Source: Mobula hypostoma | Taxonomy: Eukaryota | Reading direction: 5' to 3' | DNA length: 64,000 nucleotides | NCBI RefSeq assembly: GCF_963921235.1 | Contig: NC_086109.1 | Location: forward strand, 33,358,001 to 33,422,000 | Part shown: piece by piece, positions 23,663 through 36,808 of the stretch | Position numbering within the stretch: the first letter of the stretch is position 1 | Layout of the letters: the number at the start of each line of letters is the position of its first letter | The notes under the pieces: generated by a model | Databases searched by the model: none | Told to the model about the DNA's origin: nothing | Seen by the model: only the letters and a program-made list of their open reading frames with translations | Made by a program: the position numbers and the translations under genes

Positions 23663-24091
23663 AACTGCTGTCACTTTGGGTTGAGATATTGGAAGCCAGA
23701 TTCCACAGGTAGAGTTTAGAAAATATACCTCACATCAGTTTCGTTTTGTGTCCCGAATAAGCATGAAGCACCAAGCTTGCCCTATTATGCGTCCTCCACT
23801 CCCACATTGTGAAGATCACCCTAGCAGAGTCTATACTGTTGGATTAGGGTCCAAGTTGTCATTTTTCTTGTAGTTTAACTTTATGCTTGCTTATGTGTTT
23901 GTATGATTACCTGTTTGTAAATGTTCATTGGATTTTTAGTCATTTGTAGTATAGCTGGTTCTGTGGCTTTATACCATCTTTGCAGCCTATGTTACCAAAT
24001 AAATTGAACTGTTACATAGACAGCTATTATCAAATAATTTCCTATCTAGTTTTAGCTGATTTTCAGTATAAAGTGACCGTGATATTTTGTT

Positions 24092-24494
24092 CAATACACA
24101 TGAAAGTTGCTGGTGAACGCAGCAGGCTAGGCAGCATCTTTAGGAAGAGGTACAGTCGACGTTTTGGGCCGAGACCCTTCATCAGGACTAACTGAAAGAA
24201 CAGCTAGTAAGAGATTTGAAAGTGAGAGGGGGAGGGGAAGATCTGAAATGATAGGAGAATATAGGGTTATGATAGGGATCCCTCCCCCTCCTATCTTCTC
24301 CTATCATTTTGGATCTCCCCCCCCCCCCCCCCACTTTCAAATCTCTTACTAGCTCCTCTTTCAGTTAGTCCTGATGAAGGGTCTCGGCCCGAAACGTCGA
24401 CTGTACCTCTTCCTATAGATGCTGCCTGGCGTTCACCAGCAACTTTTATGTGTGTTGCTTGAAATTCCAGCATCTGCAGATTTCCTCGTGTTTA
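24092..24494. mobile_element. Palindromic two-armed PLE 3'-repeat insertion (~400 bp)
   Basis: 24092-~24265 is the reverse complement of ~24290-24456; only the right arm carries the tail; 12-bp TSD tgatattttgtt (24080-24091, 24495-24506). Confidence 0.88.
24366..24403 (+). ncRNA. Minimal hammerhead ribozyme, intact core
   Basis: tagtcCTGATGAagggtctcggcccGAAACGTCgactg; the mirror copy on minus (~24153-24190) has GAAA changed to AAAA. Confidence 0.72.
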
Positions 24495-25648
24495 TGATAT
24501 TTTGTTGTTTTTTTTGTCTTTTTTGGTTCTTACAGTTGGGTGAATTGGTTACCATAATTGTTTTTATGAATATCTAATAAAATTGGTGTGACCACAAGAT
24601 CTGCGCATCGTCCTGGACTTCCAAAGAACCTACTGGACAATATTATCTCCAGATCAACCAATATGTAGTCCTTGTAGTGGAGTGTGGGAAAGGCAATAAT
24701 TCCACTGATTTTTCTTCAAATTCTTTCTGCAGTATTTTCTTAGGCAGTGATGGACACATGATGGACCCAGGGCGTTTGAATTCTTGCTAACATGACTTCT
24801 ATGGAAGATACAGCTATAACTCTTAGGACTTTGTGGTATTTGTCTGACCTCTGAATTCTCATTATGTTTTATTGGTAGTAAAACAAGATTTTTCGATTTG
24901 ATGATGATAAAATGGAATAAGCCATCCATGAGTATGCAATGCAAGCATATTTCTATAAACCTGACACTTTATGGACAGTGTGTAACATAATATAGGGGCA
25001 GAATATTGCTACTGCTGTCTCGTATGTGAAAGGCTTTCTTATACTGAAAGGTCCTTGCTTTGCCATCTCAAATGTGTTACTGCTTTGAAGTGTTTCTAAA
25101 AATCTTTGCAATTCAGTGGCATTGAAAACTATTTGAAATTAACTAATTTTCTCAACCATTACAGATTGAACTAAATAAATTGTCTATAAAGTCTTGCCTG
25201 CTGAAATGGTTTTAGATATAAATAATGAAAGATTCATTTTGTTCTTCCCTTTCCAATTTTTCTTTCAGATCTAAATTCTCTATTTAAATAAATGGATTGT
25301 GGAGACACTTTTATCCTGGTGCAGAATCTGGGAGCAGTGTAAATGCTGGGGAATTTCGGCAAGTCTATGCTCTCTTGCTGCAGTGTCTTGCAATGGAGAG
25401 AAGTGACAGATTTGTCAGCAAGAATACGTCAGTGTGCCTTAACTTGGAAGTACCTGTTTGACGTGGAGCTGCTGCCGTTTACCAGCAGGTTCTGGGTTTT
25501 GGTAGAGTTTTCCACTGTCCGCAAGGCTGCTAATCACTTAGTCTTATCGTGACTCCCAGGTTTTCTCAAGAGTGAATATAGAATGCACTTTAAAAAGATG
25601 ATTAATTTATTGGTGCATACTTGATTTTTGCATTTAATTCTTTTCCAG

Positions 25649-25702
25649 AAATCTGGTGGTGCTGAAGAAGGAACAAAGCCCAGAGGTAGACCTAAAAAAC
25701 TG
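25649..25702 (+). CDS. HMGA1: HMGA-family AT-hook micro-exon (54 nt, phase 0/0): KSGGAEEGTKPRGRPKKL
   Basis: Acceptor ttaattcttttccag| and donor |gtaggc; PRGRP AT-hook; ends KPRGRPKKL like the third-hook exon of mammalian HMGA1. The HMGA1 versus HMGA2 assignment is tentative. Confidence 0.78.
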
Positions 25703-25867
25703 GTAGGCAAACATTTCTGATACTGCATCTAAAACTGGTTAGACCATGTCTGTATATTAGAATTTGTGAGTTAGGGGAATTGGCAACAGTTTCCACTTGA
25801 ACAAATGTACAGTCACATCAAATATTTCACAACATTTTACATTATTGGTTTTTCACTAGCATGATAC

Positions 25868-26130
25868 TGCAGTGGTGTTATTGCAGCTTGGGGGATTCTG
25901 GAGTTCAAAGTTCAATTCCAGTGCTGGTCTGTAAGGAGTTTGCATGGGTATTCCCCAGAGACACCAGCTTCCTCCACAGTCCTCAGGCGTACCGGTTAGT
26001 AGGTTAATTGGTCATTGTAAATTGACCCATGATTAGCTTACGGCTAATCAAGTTTGATGGGGATGGCTGGGACCGTGTGGCTTAAAGGACCAGAAGGACC
26101 CCCCTGCACTGTATCCCAAAATAAATAATA
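25868..26130 (+). mobile_element. V-SINE-like element
   Basis: B-box gttcaattcc; V-domain-like gcatgggt..cagcttcctccacagtcc..ggttagtaggttaattggtcattgtaaattg; A-rich tail. Confidence 0.65.
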
Positions 26131-27424
26131 AATGTGTATGACAGTGAGACTCTCAAATTTTACTTGGCGAACAGTGAATGTGGTTAACTCAAATTTAGTG
26201 ATTTTTTTTCTTTAATGTCTTGTATAATATTATTTTGGTGAGATAATTTTCTGATGTGCTACTGAAAAACTAACTGGCCTGTCTTGCAATTCATTGGACT
26301 TTCTGAGATCTATATTTACATTTGGGGAATGGAACAAGCCATCAAGTTGTGTTCAAACATTTATTTATACTCCTAAGTTGCCTATGTATTATAAAGAAAT
26401 TCCTATTCTACAAGTATTCTGATACTAGAAATAGCATTAGTATTAAAAGTACTGAAGTTCTGTAATATTACAGGATGTTCTTATATTGTAGTATCGATTG
26501 TAAAGTCTAACAAATTTACAGTGCCTTATTCTCACTTATTTTATTTTATGTCACTTTTCTTAAATGACCTCTTGTCTTGATTTTTTCCCCAATTTGTTTA
26601 GGAAAATGTTTAACTTTCCTTTCTTCCTTCCCATTTTAAAAAATTTAGCTTCTTTTAATCATTTTAAAAATGTGTAAACTGCCATTAAGATGTTACAGGG
26701 CCAAATTACAAAATTAAATAAATGGCTTTTAGTAAGTCTAAAACTATGTGTGAAGCTGAAATGATTACACGGTGTGAACAAATTGTTATCTGTTATCCCA
26801 GTGTTTTATCAAATTTCCCTCCTTTTGTGCAGTGTTGACTGTTTAATTGAAATAAAAAGGAACCTTTAGCACGAGTTTTTGTTTTCCGAAGTTTTAAAAT
26901 GTCCTTTGTAGTGGAGGTTGAGGGTTGGGACCGCCTTGTGTCTATGTGCTCATCCAGCAACAGTTACTGGATAATGACTAGGAGTAGTAATTCATCCTGT
27001 CCCTGAAACTCTGAAGCCAGTTGTTTTAAAACTGCCGCAGTCTGGCTGGAAATGGGCTTATTTGGCTTAGTATGTAAATTAAAAACTTTAATAGTTTTAT
27101 TGCTTATTAGGGGAATTTGCTGAGCCACTGCGCAAATCCCTGTGACAAACATTTTCGTACCTAGGATAGGATTGCTGGACAAGCATATTTGTGATAGATT
27201 TTCCGGTTGTCTTCATGAGGAAATTTATCTGCAATACTAGACAGATAAAATGTGCTTTTGTTGCCTCTATATAGACTGTGCCTACATACATTGTGTTTTT
27301 GTGACTATAGTTTTCATCAATACGCAGCCTTTGAAGAGTTTAAATATATTAAGATAAAGGTTTGCATTTTAAAAATGTCCAGATAGCAATCCCTTGGAAA
27401 CAGAAACATGATGTTGATCAAGTA

Positions 27425-27565
27425 ATTTGTTTTTTTAGATTATTGGTTCAGGGGTGATTATGTTGGGCAGGACTCTAGGATAACTCTAATAGATGTCTTG
27501 CATCCAAGTGGGAACAGATGATATAATACTGGTTTCACATCTCACCTGAAAAGTCGTATCTCCAA
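27425..27565 (-). mobile_element. Degraded Deu-domain SINE fragment
   Basis: ggtttcacatctcacctgaaaag and atgttgggcaggact resemble the reverse complement of the 260-380 segment. Confidence 0.4.
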
Positions 27566-27949
27566 AAGTTAAATTCTTGATTTGGTGCTTGGATTTCTAT
27601 TGTAGGATTTGAACCTTACCATCTGACAGTGTGCTGAGATACTGATTACAACAGCTGTTTTTTGTTGTATATGGAAAAACATTATACTGCTTAGGAAAAC
27701 AAACGAATTAAAGACATTCATTTCCAAAATGTTGAGGTGTTTGCTGTACTCAGACAAGGAAGTAGTTTTTTTTTCATACATTTTCTTTCTTTGCTGTTGT
27801 AGTTTTTCATATTTTTTGTAGCATATAATGTTCACTTGCAGATTTCAGGAAGCTTTTTAACCAGCCTCCTCTGTGGATGATTGTTAATCCAGTATTCTAG
27901 TTCTTGAGTATTTTTCTTTCCTTACTAACTTAATGTTTCCAAAGATTCA

Positions 27950-28790
27950 TTTTAGGAGCAGAATTAGGCTACTCGGCCATTAAGTCTGCCACTCCATCAT
28001 GGCTGATTTATTATCCCTGTATACCCCATTCTGCTGCCTTGTCCCTGTAACCTTTGACACGCTGGCGAACCAAGAACCTATCCACCTGTGTTTAAAAATA
28101 CTCAATGACTTGGCCTCCATGGCTGTCTGTGGCAATGGCTCACCACCTTCTGGCCAAAGAAATTCCTTCTCATCTCTGTTCTAAATGGATGTCCCTCTAT
28201 TCTGAGGCTGTGCCCTCTGGTCCGGCATTCACCCACTATAGGAAACGTCCTCTCCACATCCACTCTATCTGGACCTTTCAATAATTGATATGTTTCAATG
28301 AGATCCCCCTCATTCTTCTAAATTCCAGCAAGTACAGGCACAGAGCCATCAAATGCTTCTCATACATTAATCCTTTTATTTCTGGAATCTTCCTTGTGAA
28401 CCTCCTTCAGACCTCTGCAATGCCAGTACATTGTTTCTTAGATTAAGGGTTCAAATCTGCTCATAATACTGCAAGTGTGGGCTGACCAATGCCTTGTAAA
28501 GCCTCAGCATTACATCCTTCGTTTTATAGCCTGGTCCTCTCAAGATGAATGCTATCATTGCATTTGCCTTTCTTACCACTGACTCAACCTTCAAGTTAAC
28601 CTTTACAGAATCTTGCACAAGGACTCCCAAGTCCCTTTGCATCTCTGATTGTTGACTGCTCTTCCTGGCTGGAAAATAGTGTATGCCTTTATTCCTTTTA
28701 CCAAAGTGCATGACCATTACTTCCCTACACTGTATTCCATCTGCCACTTCTTTGCCCATACTCCTGATCTGTCCAAGTCCTTGCATCAAT
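27950..28790 (-). mobile_element. CR1 LINE 3' fragment
   Basis: Minus frame QRDLGVLVQDS..VRKANAMIAFI..MLRLYKALVSPHLQY (ORF 28451-28885). Confidence 0.8.
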
Positions 28791-28836
28791 AAGCCTTTTA
28801 GTCCTTTTGTTAAACAAATCACACAGATTATACTGT

Positions 28837-28961
28837 AAACACAGAGATTCTGCAGATGCAGGAAATCCAGAGTAAACACACACAAAATGCTGGAGGAACT
28901 CAGCAGCTCAGGCAGTGTCTATGGAAGTCGATGTTTCAGGCCAAGACACTCCATCAGGACT
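28837..28961 (-). mobile_element. PLE 3'-repeat fragment with tail and degenerate hammerhead
   Basis: aaacacagagattctgcagatgc...gtcgatgtttcaggccaagacactccatcaggac. Confidence 0.7.
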
Positions 28962-29436
28962 TTCCAGAGGCAGAATCACTGACATATGTTATGAAATTGG
29001 TTGTTTTGTGGCAGCAGTGCAGTATAATAAGTATAATAAAATATACTATAAATTACAATAAGAAATATATACATTTCAACCCAGGGGAAATGATACAGGA
29101 TGAATTGCAAGCTTGGATTTCGGGCTAACTTGCTCAGAGCCAACAGATACAGTACTAGGGATGGAAGGATGTTATTTTGGAAAAGAATTGAGCTCTGTGC
29201 CCAATGATGTTCCGCAAGGGTAATTTCGAGGACTTCAGTTGTTTGTGGTATATACTAACTATTTGGATGAATATGTGGATCGGTAGATTAACAAGTTTGC
29301 AGATACTACCAAGAATGGAATTGTGGACAGCAGAAAGGACAATCTATAAGTGGAACATAGATCACTTACAGATACCAGCAGAGAAGTGGCAAGTGTAAGG
29401 TGTTGTACTTTGGGAAGTCAGATGATAGGAGAAAAG

Positions 29437-31430
29437 TAAAATTTATTATCAGAGTACATACATGTCACCACATACCACTCTGAGATTCTATTTCCTGCAG
29501 GCATACCCAGTAAATCTATAGAACAGTAACGGTAAACAGGATCAATGAAAGAGCAAGAGCAGGGAAGACAACAAACTGTGCAAATGCAAATATAAATAAA
29601 TAGCAATAAATAATGAGAGCATGAAATAGCAAGATAAAGAGTTCATGAAGTGAGATCATTAGATGTGGGAACATCTCAGTAGATGAGTGTAGTTATCCTC
29701 TTTTGTTCAAGAGCCTGATGGTTGAGGGGTAGTAACTGTTCTTGAACCTGGTGGTGTGAATCCTGAGGCACTTGTACCTTCTACTTGATGGCAGCAGTGA
29801 GAAAAGAGCATGGCAAGGGTGGTGAGGATCTTTGATGGATGCTGCTTTTTCATGATAATGTTTGATATAGACGTGCTCAATGGCTTGGAGGGCTTTGCCT
29901 GTGATGTATTGAGCCAAATCCACTACCTTTTGTATGACTTTCTGCTCAAAACCATTGGTGTTCCCATACCAGGCCGTAATGCAGCCTGTGAATACATGTT
30001 TCACTATACATATATAGAGTTTGTCAAGGTTTTTGATGACATCCCAAATCTCCATATACTCTTCAGGAAGTAGAGGCTCTGTTGTGCTTTCCTTGCAATT
30101 ACGTTTATATGATGGGTCCAGGACAGATCCTCTGAGGTAGTGACACACAAGAATCTAAAGTTACTGGCCTTCTCCACCTCTGATCCTCCAAAGTGTACTG
30201 GCTTATGGACCTTTGGTTTCCCTCTCCTGAAGTCTACAATCAGTTCCTTGGTCTTGCTGACATTGAGAGAGAGAGGTTGTATGACGCCACTCATCCAAAT
30301 TTTCAATCTCACCACTTTGCTAATTCATCATCAGTTTTGATACGGCCCACAACAGTGGTGTCACAGCAAACTTAAAAATGGTGTTGGAGCTGTACTTAGC
30401 CACACAGTGATAGGTGTAAAGCAGGAAGCTAAGCTCTCAAACCTATGGATACCCTTGTGCCGATGGAGGTTGTTGAGGAGACGTTTTTACCAATCCGAAC
30501 TGACTGGGGCCTACAAGGAAGGCAATCCAGAATCCAAGTGCATAAAGGACTATTGAGGCCCATGCCTTGGAGTTTACTGATTAGTGTGATGATATTAAAT
30601 GCTGCACTGCGATTGATAAAGAGCATCCTCATGTATGCACCTTTGCTGTCCAGATGCTCTAGGGTTGTGTGAAGAGCCAGTGAGATGGCATCTGCTGTGG
30701 ACCTGTTGCTCCGGTAGGCAAATTGGAGCAGATCCAAGTCACTACTCAGACAGGAGCTGATAGTTTTCAACACCAGCCCCCTGGAAACATTTCATCACTC
30801 TGGATGTAAGTGCCATTGGGCAATAGTCACTGAGGCAGGTTACCACTCTCTTCTTGAGCACCGGTATGATATGAAGCCTGTTTGAAGTAGGTGGGTACCA
30901 CACACTGCCGGAGTGAGAGGTTGAAGACATCCGTGACCACACCAGCCAGTTGGTCAGCACAGGTCTTCACTTCTCGGCCAGGTACTCCATCCAGACTGGA
31001 TGCTTTCCTTGGATTCACTGTCTTGAAGGCAGACCAAAGGATCATTGGAAGATATGGGGGTCCATGGTTGTTCCTCCCTGTGCTAGTGGTCAAAGTGAGC
31101 ATAGAAGACATTGAGGTCTTCTGGAAGCAAAGCTCTGCTGTCCCTCATGTCATTAGATTTAACTTTGTAGGAGGTTATGGCATTCAAACCTTGCGACAGC
31201 TGTCGAACATCCCTCATTGATTGTAGTCTAGTCCGGAATCTCCACTTCACCTGTGAGATGGCTTTCCGGAGATGATACCTGCACCTCTTGTAGCATTCTT
31301 GATCTCCTGACTTGAATGCCCCTGATCAAGCCCTCAGCAAATTCCAGATTTCATGGTTCATGCTTTTTGATTGGGGTAGACCCTGAACAATTTCATGGGG
31401 ACACACTCATCTACAGCTGTTTTAACAAAT
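29437..31430 (-). mobile_element. Degraded Rex1/Babar LINE (RT to 3' end), inserted into an old CR1 fragment (~29060-29420)
   Basis: Minus frames give VNPRKA..DGVPG, LQFAYRSNRSTADAI, LNVSKTKELIVDFR and LPSSRRY..FKNSYYP. Confidence 0.8.
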
Positions 31431-32314
31431 AGTAGGCTTCTTAATAGTGCTGAAGTACATAGAAATATTGATGTCCAAATGCATGGTTCACTGGCAGGGC
31501 TTTAGGAGAAGATAGGAAAGCACACTCCAGTCCTCATCGAGGATTCAGCGGCGGAATGGGCGAGCGGCTTCAAGTTCCTGGGGTTCAACACATCAATGCA
31601 ATCACGACAAAGACATGTCAGTGACTCTAGTTCATTAGGACTTTGAGAAGATTTGTTATGTCACTTGCAAATTGCTATGGATGTTTGGTAGAGAGCATTT
31701 TCCCTCGAGTATTATGCTCAATCAGGTGCATAGACTTTCAATCTCAGGTGCCCAGTCTGATGTCATTCCTTACGTAGTGCTTCATTTGTGTCTTGTGAAG
31801 AATTTGAATAAAGTTGTCCCAGCTTGCTTCCCCCACGTGATGTCAATACTCATCACCCAATCCTGTCTTTTCTCTCCCTTTCCTTGTTCCACATGTGTTA
31901 TAATTCAGTTGGTCTTGGTTTCTTAAATGTCTGCTGACTGTATCTTGAAATAGGGAAAACTGAGTACATGAATTTACTCGAATATATCAGAGTAAGTATG
32001 AAAATATCATCGAACTGAGATAAAACTGAATTGTGAATGGTCTTTCTCCAGAAGTTCCCTACAGTTTAAAAAGAGATAATCGTCATACAAGATTAATCAA
32101 ATACTTGAGTACCTCCAAAGTTGCCTGAATTGAATGATATGCTCTTGACCCGAAAATGTAACAGTTGAAGAAAGCAACAACAGCGGTAACAAACATAGAT
32201 TCTTCAGCATTTGTGTCCTCAAAATCAAAGCCATGGATGAACCTGGAGGTTCGTCGTCTGCTGAGGGCTAGATCTGTGGCATTCAAATCTGTTGGATCAC
32301 ATGTACAACACAAA

Positions 32315-33581
32315 TACAAATGTCAGGATGTTGTTTAACACCATCATTCCTACAGTTCTGATCGAAAAGCTCCAGAACCTAGGCCTCTGTACCCCTCTCT
32401 GCAACTGGATCTTTGACTTCTTAACCTGAAGACCACTATCTGTACGGATTTGAAATAACATCTCCATCTCACTGACAGTCAACACTGGCATCCCTCGGGG
32501 ATGTGTGCTTAACCCACTGCTCTACTCTCTCTGTACCCATGACAATGGCTAGACATAGCTCAAATACCATCTATAAATTTGCTAACGATGCAACTATAGT
32601 TGGCAGAATTTCAGATGATGACAAGAGGGCATACAGGAGTGAGATATACAGGTCGACCTTCACTAATCCGGCACCATTGGGACCTGTGGAGTGCCGGATT
32701 AGTGAAAATGCCGAATTACAGAAGGATCACATGAAGCATAATTAGTGCTGGATTATTGAAGGAACCGGATTACAGGTAGTCGGATTAGTGAAGATCGACT
32801 TGTACCAGCTAGTTGTTTGGTGTCACAGCAACAACCTTGCACTCAGTGTCAGTAAGACCAAAGAACTGATTGTGGAATTCAGGAAGGGTAAGATGAGGGA
32901 ACACAAACCAATCCTTATAGAGAGATCAGGAGTGAAGAGAGTGAGCAATTTTAAGTTCCTGGGTGTCAATATCTCTGAGGACCTAATCTTGACCCAACAT
33001 TTCAATAACAGCCATAAAGAAGGCAAGGGACTTCGGAATTTGAGGAGATTTGGTATGTCACCAGAAGCATTCACAAATTTCTACTGATGTACTGTGGAGA
33101 GCATTCCAACTGGCTGTATCACTGTCTGGTATAGGAGTGTAGGGGGCTACTGCACTGGATCGAAGTAAGCTGCAGAGAGTTGTAAAATTAATCACCTCCA
33201 TCGTGGAGACCAGCGTCCATAGTATCCAGGGCACCTTCAAGGGGTGCCTCAAAAAAGTGGGGTCCATATGCCCATCACCTAGGATATACCTTCTTATTGT
33301 TACCACCAGGTGGTACAGGAGCCTGAAGGAACACACTGAACGATTCAGGAACTGCTTCTTCCCCTCTGCCATCTGATTTCTGAATGGACACTGAACACAA
33401 GAACACCATCTCACTACTTTTTATTTCTATTGTTTGCGCTACTAATTTAATTTAACTATTTAATATGTAATGGTTACTGTAATTTAGTTTTTGTTCTCTT
33501 CATTATCATGTATTGCATTGTACTGCTGCCACTAAGTTAACAAATTTTACAACATATGCCGGTGATATTAAACCTGATTCT
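32315..33581 (+). mobile_element. Degraded Rex1/Babar LINE with nested MITE
   Basis: IYKFANDATIVGRIS, LSVSKTKELIVEFRK, FKFLGVNISEDL; tail attaaacctgattct. Confidence 0.8.
32649..32802. mobile_element. 154-bp MITE (pogo/Tigger-like, Tc1/mariner superfamily)
   Basis: TIRs caggtcgaccttcactaatccg / cggattagtgaagatcgacttg; TA duplicated on both sides; removing it restores the Rex1 frame SEIY|QLV. Confidence 0.85.
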
Positions 33582-34789
33582 GGTTTGATTGCTGGCCTGA
33601 GCCAGGCTACTCTGAATCCCACTTAGAGTGTGTGAGAAAATGAAGGCTTATGCAGTGATTTATTCAAGAAATAAAGTAGCTGCACTTTCATTGTTTCAGG
33701 ATCTATAGTGTTCATTTTCTGAACTGTTTTCTCCTCTTCCCTTAGCCTGCCTAGTTTGTTCGTAAACCCCTTGGATCCAGGAGAAATTGCAACCAGCACA
33801 TCATACTAGATCATTTCTAACTGTCATACTGTTTGCCCCTTCAGCACTGTTAATGTCTGTCCACCTGTGGCAACTTCCATAAAAGGAACAAATCACCATT
33901 GAAATGAATGATAAGTGTAAATTATCAAAACTTTTTGACCAAGTGTGAAATGTGAGGGCTTTAGCACCAGTGACACTGGCAAGGAAACTTGCGGAATATG
34001 AAGGCTTATCTACTATAATGAAATTGGCAATTTCTGAAGGGAAATTGTAGAGAGGTACTATTATCTGAGATAAATTTGAGGGGTGAGCAACGTTTTTTTT
34101 GCAATGTTGGATACTTGGCGACATCAGAATGTTAAATAAATACCTTCTGAAGCTGTGGGTGAGCATTGATTCTGCTTGTTGGATTTTAAATAATCCATGT
34201 AATGATTATAATTAAGTAAGATAATGGCTAATAACTCATCCAACTCTTAACTTCAAAGTCAAAGAACTCTATTAAATCATTAGCAATTAACTGTTTAGAG
34301 ACCCTCAATGATTGCATGATAGGCATTGTGGTCAAGATGTCTGATAATTTTGTTTTTGTGCAGGATGTATTGTTTAATGACTGGTTTGTTATGTTAATCC
34401 TGTCAGTGACCCAAAATGATAACCCACAGAAAGTTGCCTTGTGGATTGGTTTTTCTGCTTGTGCTTTTCATTGGGACTAATCAGCATGGGTTTCTGTACC
34501 ACACACATTCTGAATTAAAGGAAGTCTTGACCACTTGAAGATCAAACAATGTTTGCATTTTATAATTGGTTTGAAGCAGGATTATTGTTGTAATTTTCAT
34601 TGAAATTGAAACTGAGCCCACATGCATTATGTCCAATGGTTAAAAGGTTTGAATTGAGGCATAGGAAAATTTGGAAAACTTTTATCAAATAATGAATATT
34701 GGCCCAATGGTGACTCCTTACTGTAGAATTCAGTGATTCTTTTTATTGATGTTCAATATAATTTTATTTTCTAAGTTACTTTCATTTTC

Positions 34790-35170
34790 AGCTCAGAAAC
34801 GGGCCCTTTGGCCCTTCTAATCTCTGCCAGCCTGTCTATGCCTAGTCCCATCTCCCTCACTTGGACATAGCCTTCCATAACTCTCATCCATGTACCTAGG
34901 CAATCTTCTCTTAAATGTTACAGCGGAACTCTCTACCATCTACCATTTCCACTGGCAGCTTATTCCTCCCACCACCCTCTGACTGAACAAGCTCCCCCTC
35001 AGATTCTCCTTAAATACTTCACCTTTCACCCTAAACCTATGACTACCAGTTCAAGTCTCAACCAACTTGAAGGGGAAAAGAAACATGCAAGTGTTCACCC
35101 TGTCTACTTACCTCATAATTTTGTAGACCTCTATTAAGATCTCCTTTCATTCTCCTGCATTCCAGTGAAT
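34790..35170 (-). mobile_element. CR1 LINE 3'-end fragment
   Basis: cagaaacgggccctttggccc...cataattttgtagacctctattaagatc is the reverse complement of a CR1 3' end (compare 19230-19580). Confidence 0.7.
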
Positions 35171-35804
35171 AAATAGCCTTTCCTCTGGAGCCTTCCTCCA
35201 GAGGAAACTAATTTTTCATCTTTACATTTAGCAGCCTTTATTTTCTCCCATCATAAATGTTCTAATTAAAATCTTTGTTTAGAAATCTCTTTGACAACCT
35301 TACTACATTCTATATCGTTGTACAGTATTACTTTCAAACTTAAGTGCTCAGTTCTCCTCTCCACTTACTGCTGCTTGGTACCAGTGCCTTCCAGTATTCT
35401 ATATTTGCATCAACACCAATTTCCTAAACCACCAGCACATCTTTTTCTCATTTTCAACATCTTCTTAAGCCCATCACCCCTGCTGCGGCAAAGGCCACTG
35501 ACAGATCCTTCCTCTCCCTGGGATGGGGGTATTTTGAGCTTTTGTTGGTGTTTCTGTAGCCCTGTGCTTGTACTGGATGGGCTTGCTAGCCCCATGCCAA
35601 TCATCCTCCTTTGGCAGCTGGGTTTGCGACCATCCGCGGCAGAGTTATCTTTGAATGCCCCATGTTTATTACCCGGATCGCTACATTAAAACTGCTATAT
35701 AATTTTATGTTATCTTTGTAGTGACTCTATGAAAAATGAATAAATTGGCAAACAAAAGTTACAATATTCATTGCATGTTAACTCTATTTTCCATGGAATT
35801 CCAG

Positions 35805-35855
35805 AAAGCTGAAACTACAGGAACAAAAAAGCCCAGAGGTAGACCAAGAAAAAGG
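35805..35855 (+). CDS. HMGA1: HMGA-family AT-hook micro-exon (51 nt, phase 0/0): KAETTGTKKPRGRPRKR
   Basis: Acceptor ...ttttccatggaattccag| and consensus donor |gtaagg; same length, phase and strong similarity to mammalian HMGA2 exon 3 (KAEATGEKRPRGRPRKW). The symbol assumes it belongs to the same gene as the 25649 exon; paralogue identity is unresolved. Confidence 0.85.
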
Positions 35856-36808
35856 GTAAGGAATTTTTAAATGCAGGAGCACTCCTACACTAACAGCATC
35901 TTTTTGTCTGTTTTTTTAAAAAAAATGTTTTAACTCACTTGAGTACTGCAGTTTTTTTAAAAACATGTAAATTTGTGCTATAACTCCAAAAGCTTAATAT
36001 TGCATGTAGAACAATTCTCACTACAGTCACCTGTCACGCCAGGGCTGATTGTTTATGAATGAAGTTATTTATTCACATATCATGTTCTCTGCTTATCACA
36101 TACCTGCTACTTAAGGAAAAAGTAAATGCAGCTGTGAGAATGGTTGGCTTGATTTAACACAGTGAAGTTCTACCACTGGCTGGCAATGAATAGTTGCTTA
36201 GTACTTCTGGCTCATCCTGTTTTTATTTTGCCTACTAATTAACTTGAATTTTCATCATCTTAAAAGTTCCTTTACTTTCTGAACTTGCTGATTACTTTTT
36301 TTGTGCTAAGAAATCATTGGATGGAACATTTAGTTCTATCATGGGCACAGCTTGGGTATAATGAATGTCATTTCTGTTCCAAAATGGCATACATATGCAT
36401 ATACAAAGATAAATAAAAATAGATTAGAGGTGTTGAGGGTAAGATAGAAAGAGCCACATATTTGCATTATCTGCAACTTGTAATTTAGAAGAGAAGTCTG
36501 AGTTAAGTGGCATGGAAGAAGATTTATCAATGACAATTTCACCTTCTTTCTGTGGCTTCAGCTTCACAACTGGTCATTGCTGCTCCAGTGTTGGCGAGTG
36601 TAACGTCCTCCATAATGAGAGGATAGTTTCCATCTCAGTTAACTGCTTATCTTACCAACTGTAGTGCTGCACTTTGTTCTCAAGTCTGTTCATTGGGTTT
36701 TATGCAGTATGGTTGACGTACCTGTTATAATAATGCTGTCATTCTGTGCAAAGTAATATTGTGGGTGGCTTTTCTTAGCATTATATTTGAGGTTGGGGGT
36801 AAAGCTAT

